Positions 52,799 to 64,000 of a stretch of DNA of 64,000 nucleotides are shown here, piece after piece (the first letter of the stretch is position 1; every line of letters starts with the position of its first letter). Under the pieces are notes generated by a model, which did no database searches, had not been told where the DNA came from, and saw only the letters and a program-made list of their open reading frames with translations. Source of the stretch: Eledone cirrhosa (taxonomy: Eukaryota); the NCBI GenBank assembly GCA_964016885.1, contig OZ024741.1:40982001-41046000 (forward strand). Reading direction: 5' to 3'. The position numbers and the translations under genes are program-made.

Positions 52799-53902
52799 TC
52801 ATCATCATCATCATCATCATCATCGTTTAACGTCCATATTCCACGCTTGCATGGGATTGGACAGGAGTTTTCCCACTTGAGGCAAGAGTGGTTGTCTTGC
52901 TCGCATAGGACTGTCTGGCTGGTTTTCTACGGCTGGATGCCCTTCCTAACACCAACCACATTTACAGTGTGGAACTGGGAGATTTTACCGTGTTAGCTAC
53001 ACGGCCACATTACAGCGTGGACTGTGTGTTTTTTTGTCGTGACACCTACACGACCTCATTTGTTTCGGGCTGGATGTTGTGACACCAACATAACTTTACA
53101 TTGAAAGGGGTGGTGTAGATGGGGTGTGGGTAGTGGGACAGGGATGTATATTGTTAGAGGTGCCTACTGACTGTAGTAGGTTTCACTTTGTACTTAGGTA
53201 AGGCGGGTCTTCTCTATTACTGTGTAGCGCCAAAGCTCTCGGTCCAGTGACATTGTCTTGGAGAGGTGTAAGTATGTGAGGTCGGAATTTATCAAGTCGT
53301 CCCAGGTTTTTCTGGGTCTGCCTACTCCGTGGCTACCGTCTATTTTTATTGCCCTGCACTTTTTTATACAGCTGTCGTCTTTCATGCGCATCACGTGACC
53401 ATACCAACGTAGTCTTCTCTCGAGTAAACAACATCTGATCCCTCTTATTTCTAATTTCTCCCTTAGTTCGTTTATGCTTTGCCGTTCATGTATATTACTA
53501 TTACACATCCAGCGGAGCATGCAAGCTTCGTTCTTCTCCAGTCTGCATATATCCTCTGCACACAATGCCCAGGTCTCACTGCCATGTAACATTGCTGTTT
53601 GTATGCAGGCATCATACAGCCTGCCTTTCATTTTTAGAGAGAACCCTTTAGCGGCTAATAGTGCTATAAGCTCTCTGAACTTTTTCCATCCAGTTCTGAC
53701 TCTAGCTACAGTACTTTCAGAGCACCCTCCCCCATTGCTGATTTTATCACCCAGGTAACGGAAGCTGTCCACTATTTCTATAGAACCCTCTGTGCAATGG
53801 AATGAGTTAGTATTCTGTGGGTACTTGCTGCTACTTATTGCACCAGATCACCGGCCACATGTAAAATCTATATTCTTAGTTAGCTTACCTGTGATCCCAC
53901 TA
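52797..53902 (-). mobile_element. 5'-truncated RTE subfamily 1
   Basis: ORF 53194-53772 nearly identical to the C-terminus of the 7703 ORF. Confidence 0.93.
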
Positions 53903-53978
53903 TATGGTGGAATGGGCGAAAGGGGGACGGGAGGTAATGGCACTGAGGGTCGCCGTCAAGGCTAACAAACTAACTAGC

Positions 53979-54024
<46 letters not shown>

Positions 54025-54028
<4 letters not shown>

Positions 54029-54646
54029 CGTGGAAGATATATATATATATATATAGCGAGGGATATATATATATATATATATAGCGTGGAAGATATATAT
54101 ATAGTGTGGATATATATATATATATATATAGCGTGGAAGATATATATATATATATAGCGTGGAAGATATATATATATATAGCGTGGAAGATATATATATA
54201 TATAGCGTGGAAGATATATATATATATATAGCGTGGAAGATATATATATATATATAGCGTGGAAGATATATATATATAGCGTGGAAGATATATATATATA
54301 GCGTGGAAGATATATATATAGCGTGGAAGATATATATATATATAGCGTGGAATACATATATATATATAGCGTGGAAGATATATAAATAGCGTGGAAGATA
54401 TATATATATATATATAGCGTGGAAGATATATATATAGCGTGGAAGATATATATATATATATATAGCGTGGAAGATATATATATATATATAGCGTGGAAGA
54501 TATATATATATATATATAGCGCGGAAAATATATATATATATATATATAGCGTGGAAGATATATATATATATATATAGCGTGGAAGATATATATATATATA
54601 TATAGCGCGGAAGATATATATATATATATATATAGCGTGGAAGATA
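54025..54646. repeat. Minisatellite GCGTGGAAG+(AT)n, ~25 units
   Basis: Units counted by eye; last unit continues into gatagatgttaaacgatgatgatg. Confidence 0.92.
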
Positions 54647-54750
54647 GATGTTAAACGATGATGATGATGATAGGGATTCTAACGTCCAGTTACTGTAGGT
54701 TCACTCTGGTGAACCTACAGTAATATGTATATATAAATATATATACAGTG

Positions 54751-54783
<33 letters not shown>

Positions 54784-55875
54784 ATCATCATCATCACCGT
54801 TTTACATCCGTTCTTCCACACTAGCATGGGTTAGACGGGTTGTCCTGTTGTGTGCAGTGTCTGGTCGGCTGACCTTGTCTTGCTCATACGGGAACTGATT
54901 CTGGCTTGATTTCTACAGCTGAATGCCCTTCCTAACACCAACCTCATTTACAGTGAGTGTTGGGTGCTTTTTTGCCATGGCACTTCCACGACCACTTTGC
55001 AGTGGGAGGGTGTGGGGTCATATTGTCTATATGCTTCAGCTTCGGCTTGTACCCGTGGGGGATCGGGTCTTCTTTATTACTGTGTGACGCCAGAGGTCAC
55101 GGTCATGTGTCATCGCCTTTGGGAGGTGTAATTGGGAAGGTCGGCTTTTATCACCTCATCCCAAGTCTTCTTGGGTCTCCCTACGCCGCAGTTTCCATCG
55201 ATTTTTAGTGATCTGCACCTTTTTTATGCAGCTGTCATACTTCATACACATCACATGTCTATACCAATGTAACCGCCTCTCCTGCACACAGCATTTGATT
55301 CCGCTTATGCTCAGTCTCTCTCTCAATTCATTTATGCTTTGCCGTTCGCGTATATTACTATTACACATCTATCGGAGCATGCAGGCTTCGTTTCTTTCTA
55401 ATCTATGCAAGTCTTCCACAGACAGCGCCCAAGTCTCACTACCATGTAGCATTGCTGTTCGGATACACGCATCAAACAGTCTGTCTTTTATTTTGAGGGA
55501 AAAGCCTTTTGCAGCTAGCAGTGGCAGTAACTCCCTGAAGTTCTTCCATCCCGTTCTTACCCTAGTTATTGTAGTTTCCGAATACCCACCTCCGATGCTA
55601 ATTCGGTCACCTAGATAGCAGAAGCTGTCTACTGTTTCTACAGAGCCCTCCCAGAGATTAGTGGTACTTGTTTCCTGTGGCTGTTTGCTACTTGCTGTCC
55701 CAGCACAGCTGCTACATGTGAAGCCTACATTCTTAGTTAAGCTTCCTGAGATCCCGCTACATCTCTTGTGTACCCATTGTTTGCATTTGGGGCAGAGAAT
55801 GGAGTTCCTACCTACACCTTTCATACACACTGAGCAAGGCCATTGTTTCTGTGGCTGTTTGCTGCTTGCTGTTTG
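54784..55875 (-). mobile_element. 5'-truncated RTE subfamily 2 (stop/frameshift)
   Basis: ORFs 55369-55923 and 55156-55368 encode the PHD finger, RT7 and C-terminus. Confidence 0.92.
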
Positions 55876-55921
55876 CAATATATGTATATATATATATATA
55901 TATAGTTTTAATATAGATGAC

Positions 55922-55968
55922 ATTCTACAGGACTAGAACTCCTTCATTCTTTAGAAATCATCAGGAAT
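55922..55968 (-). ncRNA. Decayed hammerhead, family of 12764/40630
   Basis: AUUC-CUGAUGA-U-UUC-UAAA-GAA-U-GAAG..CUG-UA-GAAU; GAAA mutated to GAAG. Confidence 0.6.
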
Positions 55969-56453
55969 CTGGCTTTCCAAAAATAAATGTTGTGGTATTT
56001 ATATCTTTTCAGGTGGTAGGAGAGGGTGGGGAGTGGGATAGGTGGAAGTCATTGGTTGAAAGAAAAGGGAATTCATTAAAAGTTAGTTCTTTAAGGCTAT
56101 AATTTATATTTAGAGTGACAAAAGCAGAAATAATTCTATAGACAAGTTCAGAATGGGGTGCCACTCCTTATTTTTAAGTTTCTCTTAAGCTAACAATGCC
56201 TATATTTCAGGTATCTATAAGATGGTTGGGGGTCTGTAATGGTTGATGGATTTAAATAAAAGGGAAATTCTTTAAAAGCTAATTCTTTAAAGCTCTACTT
56301 ACAGTGACAAAGGCCAAGAGAATTCTATAAACCAGTTCAAAATATTGGGTGCCTATCATTATTGTCATATTTCTCTTAAGCTATATTCCAGGTGTCAACA
56401 GACACATTCACATACACACACACACACATATATATATATGTATATATATATAT

Positions 56454-56528
<75 letters not shown>

Positions 56529-56766
56529 CACACATATATATATATACACACATATATATATATATATATATACCCACACACACATATATTTATATATATA
56601 TATATGTATATACATACACACATATACATATATATACACAGATATATATACATATATATATACATACACATAAATATACACATATATAAACATACAAACA
56701 CATCTACAGAAATACACATATATACACATATACAAAATACATAAACACATACACAAATATATATAT

Positions 56767-58507
56767 ATCATCATCATCACCGTTTTACGTCCGTTCTTCC
56801 ACGCTAGCATGGGTTAGACGGGTTGTCCTGTTGTGGGCAGTGTCTGGTCGGCTGACCATGCCTTGCTCATACAGGAACTGATCTGGCTTGATTTCTACAG
56901 CTGGATGCCCTTCCTAACACCAACCTCATTTACAGTGAGTGCTGGGTGCTTTTTCGTGGCGCCTACACGTCCACTTTACAGTGTGGGCTGGGTGCTTTTT
57001 TGCCGTGGCACCTCCACGACCACCTTGCGGTGGGGGGGGGGAGGGGGGGGGGCATATTGTTTATATGCTTCAGCATGTACCCATGGGAGGTCGGGTACCC
57101 TGTATTACTGCGTGACGCCAGAAGTCACGGTCGTGTGTCATTGACTTTGAGAGGTGTAGTTGGGTAAGGTCGGCTTTTATCACCTCATCCCAAGTCATCT
57201 TGGGTCTCCCCACTCCGCGGTTTCCATCAACTTCTAGTGCTCTGCACCTTTTTATGCAGCTGTCATCCTTCATACGCATCACATGTCCATACCAGCGTAA
57301 CCGCCTCTCCTGCACGCAGCATTTGATTCCTCTTATGCTCAGTCTCTCTCTCAATTCATTTAAGCTTTGTCGTTCACGTATATTACTGTTACACATCCAT
57401 CGGAGCATGCAGGCTTCGTTTCTCTCTAATCTACGTAAGTCTTCCACCTTCAGCGCCCAGGTCTCACTACCATGCAACATCGCTGTTCGGATACACGCAT
57501 CATACAGTCTGCCTTTCATTCTGAGGGAGAAGCCTTTTGCAGCTAGCAGTGGTAGTAGTTCCCTAAACTTCTTCCATACCGTTCTTACCCTAGTTATTGT
57601 ACTTTCTGAGCACCCACCTCCGTTGCTAATTCGGTCACCTAGGTAGCAGAAGCTGTCTACTGTTTCTACAGGGCCCTCCCAGAGATTGGTGGTACTTGTT
57701 TCCTGTGGCTGTTTGCTTGCTGTTTCAGCACAGCTGCTGCATGTGAATCCTACATTCTTAATTAAGCTTCCTGAGATCCCGCTACATCTCTTGTGTACCC
57801 ATTGTTTGCATTTGGGGCAGAGAATGGAGTTCCTACCTACACCTTTCCTACATACTGAGCAAGGCCATTTCCCTGAGGGGATCTGGGTTCTGTTTTCTCG
57901 TCTACTTATAAGGACCTTAGTCTTTGTCATGTTGACTTTGAGGCCCTTTCTCTCTAGTCCCTGCTTCCAGGTTTGGAATTTATTCTCTAGTTCTACCATA
58001 GATTCAGCTATGAGTGCGAGGTCATCAGCATACAGGAGTTCCCATGGGCATCCGGTCTTAAACTCCTCCGTTATTGCCTGCAGGACTATGATGAACAGGA
58101 GAGGGCTAAGAACAGAGCCCTGGTGGACCCCAACCTGTACGCTAAATTCCTCGCTATACTCATTGCCAATCCTAACTTTGCTGACTGCTCCCCTATACAT
58201 GGCTTGTACCGCTTTCACAAGCCATTCATCTACTCCTAGTTTTCTAAGAGCCCACCAGATTACTGCACGTGGAACTCTGTCAAAGGCTTTCTCAAGGTCG
58301 ACAAATGCCAAGTAGAGTGGCTTACTTTTAGCTAGGTACTTTTCCTGTAATTGCCTCACAAGGAAGAGTGCATCAGTGGTGCCTTTCCCTGGAACAAACC
58401 CAAATTGCATCTCGTCTATATTCACCCGGTCCCTAATCAGCTGTGCTATAACTCTTTCTGTTACTTTCATGACCTGGTCCATCAACTTTATACCTCTATA
58501 GTTTCCT
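56767..58507 (-). mobile_element. 5'-truncated RTE subfamily 2 with open RT-PHD frame
   Basis: ORF 57070-58563; the real part starts at GNYRGIKL, the N-terminal YI residues are microsatellite. Confidence 0.95.
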
Positions 58508-58529
58508 ATATATATATATATATACATAC

Positions 58530-58560
<31 letters not shown>

Positions 58561-58569
58561 CATATATAC

Positions 58570-58649
<80 letters not shown>

Positions 58650-58696
58650 AAGGGAAAGCGAAGTAGCTTCAGATGTTCAAGTCCTTTAATAATAAT

Positions 58697-58770
58697 GCTG
58701 TGATATATATTTCAATGACGACACTGGCCACACTGTTCTGTGTGCGAGTGTCGTGACATCATCAGACAGC
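58697..58770 (-). ncRNA. Type I hammerhead (inverted-arm copy)
   Basis: Reverse complement of 60119-60192 with intact core. Confidence 0.78.
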
Positions 58771-60118
58771 TTATTACATAATAAGGTTATGTTTCCGAGG
58801 CAATCCAAATTGAATCGACATGGGAACGGATGAAGTGCGTGCTTTTGGGTTTTTCATCCGTTCCCCTGTGAGTACCAATTCACCCCCACCGGTCTGTGCA
58901 GGCACATGTCCGAAGAAAGTTGACCATTATTCGATATTTACTCCGTCACTCCTATGTGGAAAAAGTACGTTGAGTGCTTGAATTGAATTGCATCAATGTT
59001 TACCCTAATAATTTAGCTCCAATTAGTTGAGCGCTCTATGATGTAACCGATATGGTGGAGAAAAGAGGAACCAACCATGAGCTACCCCGGAAATTCCCTC
59101 TATCATGGGGATGGAAAACCCTGACACTGGACGGACATAATAGTAACTTTCGGCAGGATAAATATGCGGAAACAAAAAAATAAGATAAACCCCTATTTTC
59201 CTGCACCAAATCGCATTTGAACAGAAGCCCCCTCAATTCAATCTATACATGGACAGATGGACAATCATATAAATCATTTTGCATATATGTCCTCTGTGTT
59301 TTTGCATTTATTCACTATTAGTTCTGTTCTTTTCTTTTGTGTACTTTATGTCTGTTTTTCTTTGGTTTTGTTCCATGTGATGGAAATTATGACTGTGTAC
59401 CAGATTGACTAATGCCTTGAATACTGTAGCTTGCCCTCCGTTCTAATGTACGGCACTGTCGTTCAATATGTGGATAGAGTAACTGTGACACTAGAACCCC
59501 TCTCAGAACTTCTTACTTAAACACCACTCTCCATATTATTTACTCACTTCAATGTATATATTTTTTTACTCACCTCAATCCGAATTCTCACTTGAAAATT
59601 TTTTTAATGTTTTAATTTCTAATTGTTAATTTTTTAATTGTTTAATTTATAATTTCTGATATTTGATTTATCATTTTAATTTTTATTTCCAGCTCTCACT
59701 CTTAACTTCCAATGTAAAATCAGGATACCTAGAATTAAGTTTATTTCCCTTATGAGTTGATGGTCAGTCATACTGTCAACGCTTGGTGAGAGGTAGTATT
59801 ATGACCTGTAAAAACTAATACTCTCCCATCCCCTCTGGCTTTCGGCTGACTGCCACAGTCGTGATGGGTAACAGTAAACTGTGGTACAGGCATAGGTGGG
59901 CCATTGTTTGGCTGAGAGGGTGAACTGACTAAGCGAATTTCGTTGAAATCTGCGGTAGCTAATGGTCAACTTACCTCGGACATGCGCCTGCGCAGACCGG
60001 TGGGGGTGAATTGGTACTCACAGAGGAACGGATGAAAAACCCAAAAGCACGCACTTCATCCGTTCCCATGTCGATTCAATTTGGATTGCCTCGGAAACAT
60101 AACCTTATTATGTAACAA

Positions 60119-60192
60119 GCTGTCTGATGATGTCACGACACTCGCACACAGAACAGTGTGGCCAGTGTCGCCATTGAAATATATATCACAGC
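60119..60192 (+). ncRNA. Type I hammerhead ribozyme
   Basis: Stem I GCUGU/ACAGC, CUGAUGA 60124-30, long stem II (CGACACU/AGUGUCG), GAAA 60176-79, palindromic AUAUAUAU, AUC triplet. Confidence 0.8.
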
Positions 60193-60482
60193 ATTATTAT
60201 TAAAGGACTTGAACATCTGAAGCTACTTCGCTTTTCCTTATTCGATATTTACTCCGTCACTCCTATGTGGAAAAAGTACGTTGAGTGCTTGAATTGAATT
60301 ACATCAATGTTTACCCTAATATATATATATATATATATATACATACACACATATATATATATAAATAAATATACATATATACACACATACATATATATAT
60401 ATATACATATATACACATATACATATATATATTATACATACACATATATACACATATACACATATATATTATACATACATAT

Positions 60483-60523
<41 letters not shown>

Positions 60524-60730
60524 TATATATATACATATATATATACATATATACACACATATATATATACACACACACTCACACATACGCATACATATAC
60601 ATACACATATATATATATATACACACATACATACACATATACATATATATACATATATACATTTACATACACACACATACACATATACACATATATACAC
60701 ATACACGCACACACATATACACATACACAG

Positions 60731-60761
<31 letters not shown>

Positions 60762-60796
60762 AAGATTTACATATACATAAAGTCACAGATATATAT

Positions 60797-61308
60797 GTGG
60801 CAACCGGTCACGTTGTGGCTCAATGAAGAATTAATAAATTAAATAAGCAGAGCAATATATCATAAATCATGTCCTTAGAATTATTAGATGAAATATATAC
60901 CATTTCCTCTCCCAATTAGCATAATTAACCATATAAAAAAATCAATTAGACCAGGCTATAAGAATAAAGGCTCCTAAGAAGAAATTTTCGACAAATAACC
61001 GAAAGCGGCCTCTTCGCGGTGACCCCAATAGAGTATTTACCCAACAATTCAACAGCATGTAGAACTGACTAAATAAACCATCAACCATACACAATTAGGT
61101 GTAAATTTAAACTTAGAAGAAACGTGTACATACCGTAAGTATATCTCTACCATGGTTTCGTCTGTATTTTTAGATATCCTATTGTTAGGATTTATCCGGA
61201 GTAACAGACTCATCAGTCTAATTGTTTTTTATATGGTTAATTATGCTAATTGGGAGAGGAAATGGTATATATTTTATCTAATAATTCTAAGGACATGATT
61301 TATGATAT
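60797..61308 (-). mobile_element. PLE-derived fold-back element with hammerhead core (61148-61216) lacking its 5' stem I strand
   Basis: Arms 60857-60951 / 61216-61308; CUGAUGA-GUCUGU..ACAGAC-GAAA-CCAUGG-UA. Confidence 0.8.
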
Positions 61309-61454
61309 GTATATATTAGAAAGTGAGGTTTTTTTTTACAAAATGAAAAATAACCGAGGTGTCCTACACGAGTGAAAGTATAAAGAAAAAGAGATGAAAT
61401 CGAAAATGCAACTGGAGTCTTATTTTTAAAAAAAATATATATATTTATTTGGTT

Positions 61455-61492
61455 CCTTTACCGGTTTCGCAGTTCTTCTGCTTTTCAAAAGG
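61455..61492 (-). ncRNA. Minimal hammerhead, U3-A8 core variant
   Basis: CCUU-UUGAAAA-GCAG-AAGAA-CUGC-GAAA-CCGG-UA-AAGG. Confidence 0.65.
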
Positions 61493-61740
61493 TGGGTTGA
61501 GATGGAGGGTCTGTGGTTTTTCTCACATATATGTATGTACATATACATACATACTTACATTTAGGTAAGTGCCGTACTAAGAGTGAGAAATGAAATTTCG
61601 TTTCATTCTATTCCAATTTATCGTTTTCGGTGCGCCTGGCCGACTGAACTCACTCGATATGCAAATTAGGCTGCTCAGCCGTTAATTTTCATAAGGAAAG
61701 TATATACTTTCGAACGTTCAACCATCTGGCAGAAGGGTAT

Positions 61741-61783
61741 ACGGTGCTGACGATAGCTAACAAGCTTGAAACTAGTACATCGT
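61741..61783 (+). ncRNA. Minimal type I hammerhead
   Basis: ACGGUG-CUGACGA-U-AGCU-AACA-AGCU-U-GAAA-CUAG-UA-CAUCGU. Confidence 0.78.
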
Positions 61784-61932
61784 TCCTGTGTCAGTGTTGA
61801 ACAAAAAGGTGACGTGGTTGCCTTAACACCGTATGGCATAAATCAGGCTGTCCGTTTGTTTACAAATGGACAAAGCGAACGTTATAATAAACGTCCGCTA
61901 AACTGATACGTACATATATATATGTGTACCTG

Positions 61933-61971
<39 letters not shown>

Positions 61972-62020
61972 GCTACTGTACGTCTGTATACATATATGTA
62001 TGTACGTATACATACATACT

Positions 62021-62063
<43 letters not shown>

Positions 62064-62369
62064 GAAGTAATTCCGTCGGAAAAGTCCAGGAAAAAAGAGT
62101 GCTCTATGTAGGTAACAGAGCTTAATAGTTATGTAATAAACAACATAAGGTAATTATTCCATTTACCAGTGGTTTCTTAAAAGCAAAAAATTTTGCTTTC
62201 AATCCTCAAAATGAAAAAAATCCTGGTCTGTTTATTGAATTTGGATTTCAAAAACAAAAATACAATCTATATGAAAGTGAGGCTGGAGAAAGACGAAGGA
62301 AACGAAAAATAAAATAAAACCACACATGCAAAAACACAAACACACGCACACACACACAAAAGCATACAT

Positions 62370-62425
<56 letters not shown>

Positions 62426-62588
62426 ACACTCATACATACACACACACATATACACATATATATGTGTATATAAATACACATATACACATACATACATACC
62501 CACATAAATATCAACACATCCATACATACACATATACAACCACACACACATATATACACACATATATATATATATAGAAATATAAATA

Positions 62589-62620
<32 letters not shown>

Positions 62621-63364
62621 CATATACATGCATACACATACATAGCCATACACACATACATTTACATACATACATACATGCACACAATCATACCTATATA
62701 CACACGTACATACATACACATACATAAATGCGTACATATGCATGTACAAAATTAGAAAAATATACACACCTCTACATATTCACACACGCAAATAAATAAA
62801 AGAAAAATATATATAAAAAATAAACTCTATTATATAGTTGACAGCGATACAGCGACGAGTAGATGAACAGACACGCGTAGTAAGCAATACACACAAATGC
62901 ACGTACACATACGTACGAAAAGGTAAATACATACACACACTCTCACACATAAATATACATATACAAATACATAAACACATACATACACATACACAAATAC
63001 ATACACAAACACACACATATACACACACACACATATATATATATACACATACACACACACATACATACATAGCTATACAATTATACAAATACAAATACGT
63101 ACATATCACAAACACGCACAACCAAATACAAACACACACACACATACACATATATATATATATATATACACATATATATATGTGTGTGTGTAAAACTCAA
63201 TCTTAGATAATTCATGAGCCTTATATATACATATATATAGTAGTAATGTAATAAACAACATAAGGCAATTATTCCATTCATCAGTGGTTTCTTAAAAGCA
63301 AACAAATTTTGCCTTCAATCCTCAGAATGAAAAAAACCTGGTCTATCTACATATACATATATAT

Positions 63365-63461
<97 letters not shown>

Positions 63462-63839
63462 CATACATTCACGTACAATTTGGTATGTGAAGGGTAAGGC
63501 AAAAAGAATATATTGGGGGGGGGGGGAGGCATAGGAACAGGTGAAATATAAGGGGAGATAAGGGAGAAGAAAATACAAGAGTACAGAACGTGGATTCATC
63601 AAATAAAAAAAAACTGTAGCAGAAGTAAAGAGCAGAAAAGGAGTTCAAGGCGGTTGATTTATCATAGGAGTGTCAATCCAGTTACAGATCAGTTATAATA
63701 AGCGCCGCTAAACTGATACGTGCATATATGTATGTGTACCTGTATGTACGTATACATGCATACTTACATTTAAGTAAGTGCCATACTAAGAGTGAGAAAT
63801 GAAATTTCGTTTTCATTTTGTTTCAATTTATATATATAC

Positions 63840-63872
<33 letters not shown>

Positions 63873-63946
63873 TACACATATATATATGTATATATACATA
63901 TATATGTATATATACATATATATATATGTATATATACATATATATG

Positions 63947-63994
<48 letters not shown>

Positions 63995-64000
63995 TATGTA

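Larger units (their letters stand above)
58646..60321 (+). mobile_element. Non-coding PLE-derived element with inverted 5' arm, two hammerhead copies and terminal direct repeat
   Basis: 58646-58929 is the reverse complement of 59960-60243; 58927-59010 repeats at 60238-60321 (1311 bp period); TA flanks. Confidence 0.88.

Noticed and set aside
61659-61666. Octamer motif ATGCAAAT
   Set aside because: A single 8-mer is expected by chance in AT-rich DNA and there is no supporting promoter context.

Overview
AT-rich, microsatellite-dense eukaryotic repeat landscape; the SINE/RTE/PLE content looks like an octopus-type cephalopod (inference). No host gene is supportable. The only long intact ORF is a full-length RTE-clade LINE (7703-11047: APE endonuclease + RT with a PHD-type C4HC3 finger inserted between RT motifs 6 and 7). 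There are also truncated RTE copies of two subfamilies, several tRNA-derived SINE families, piggyBac-like and mariner-like MITEs, and decayed Helitron, Tx1-like, BovB-like and Penelope-like (PLE, Naiad-type) fragments. The main signal is non-coding: about a dozen small fold-back insertions in (TA)n tracts, from sequence-unrelated families. Most carry a type I hammerhead ribozyme and a conserved bulged hairpin RCUC-[stem-loop]-YU-GAGY. The inverted arm starts 7 nt 5' of this hairpin (exact in 3 unambiguous junctions, compatible in 5 more). In the two complete units a second copy of the hairpin lies about 7-8 nt beyond the element's 3' end. This suggests a structural signal that positions two reverse-transcription start sites in PLEs and their non-coding, retrozyme-like derivatives. 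All folds and alignments were done by eye.
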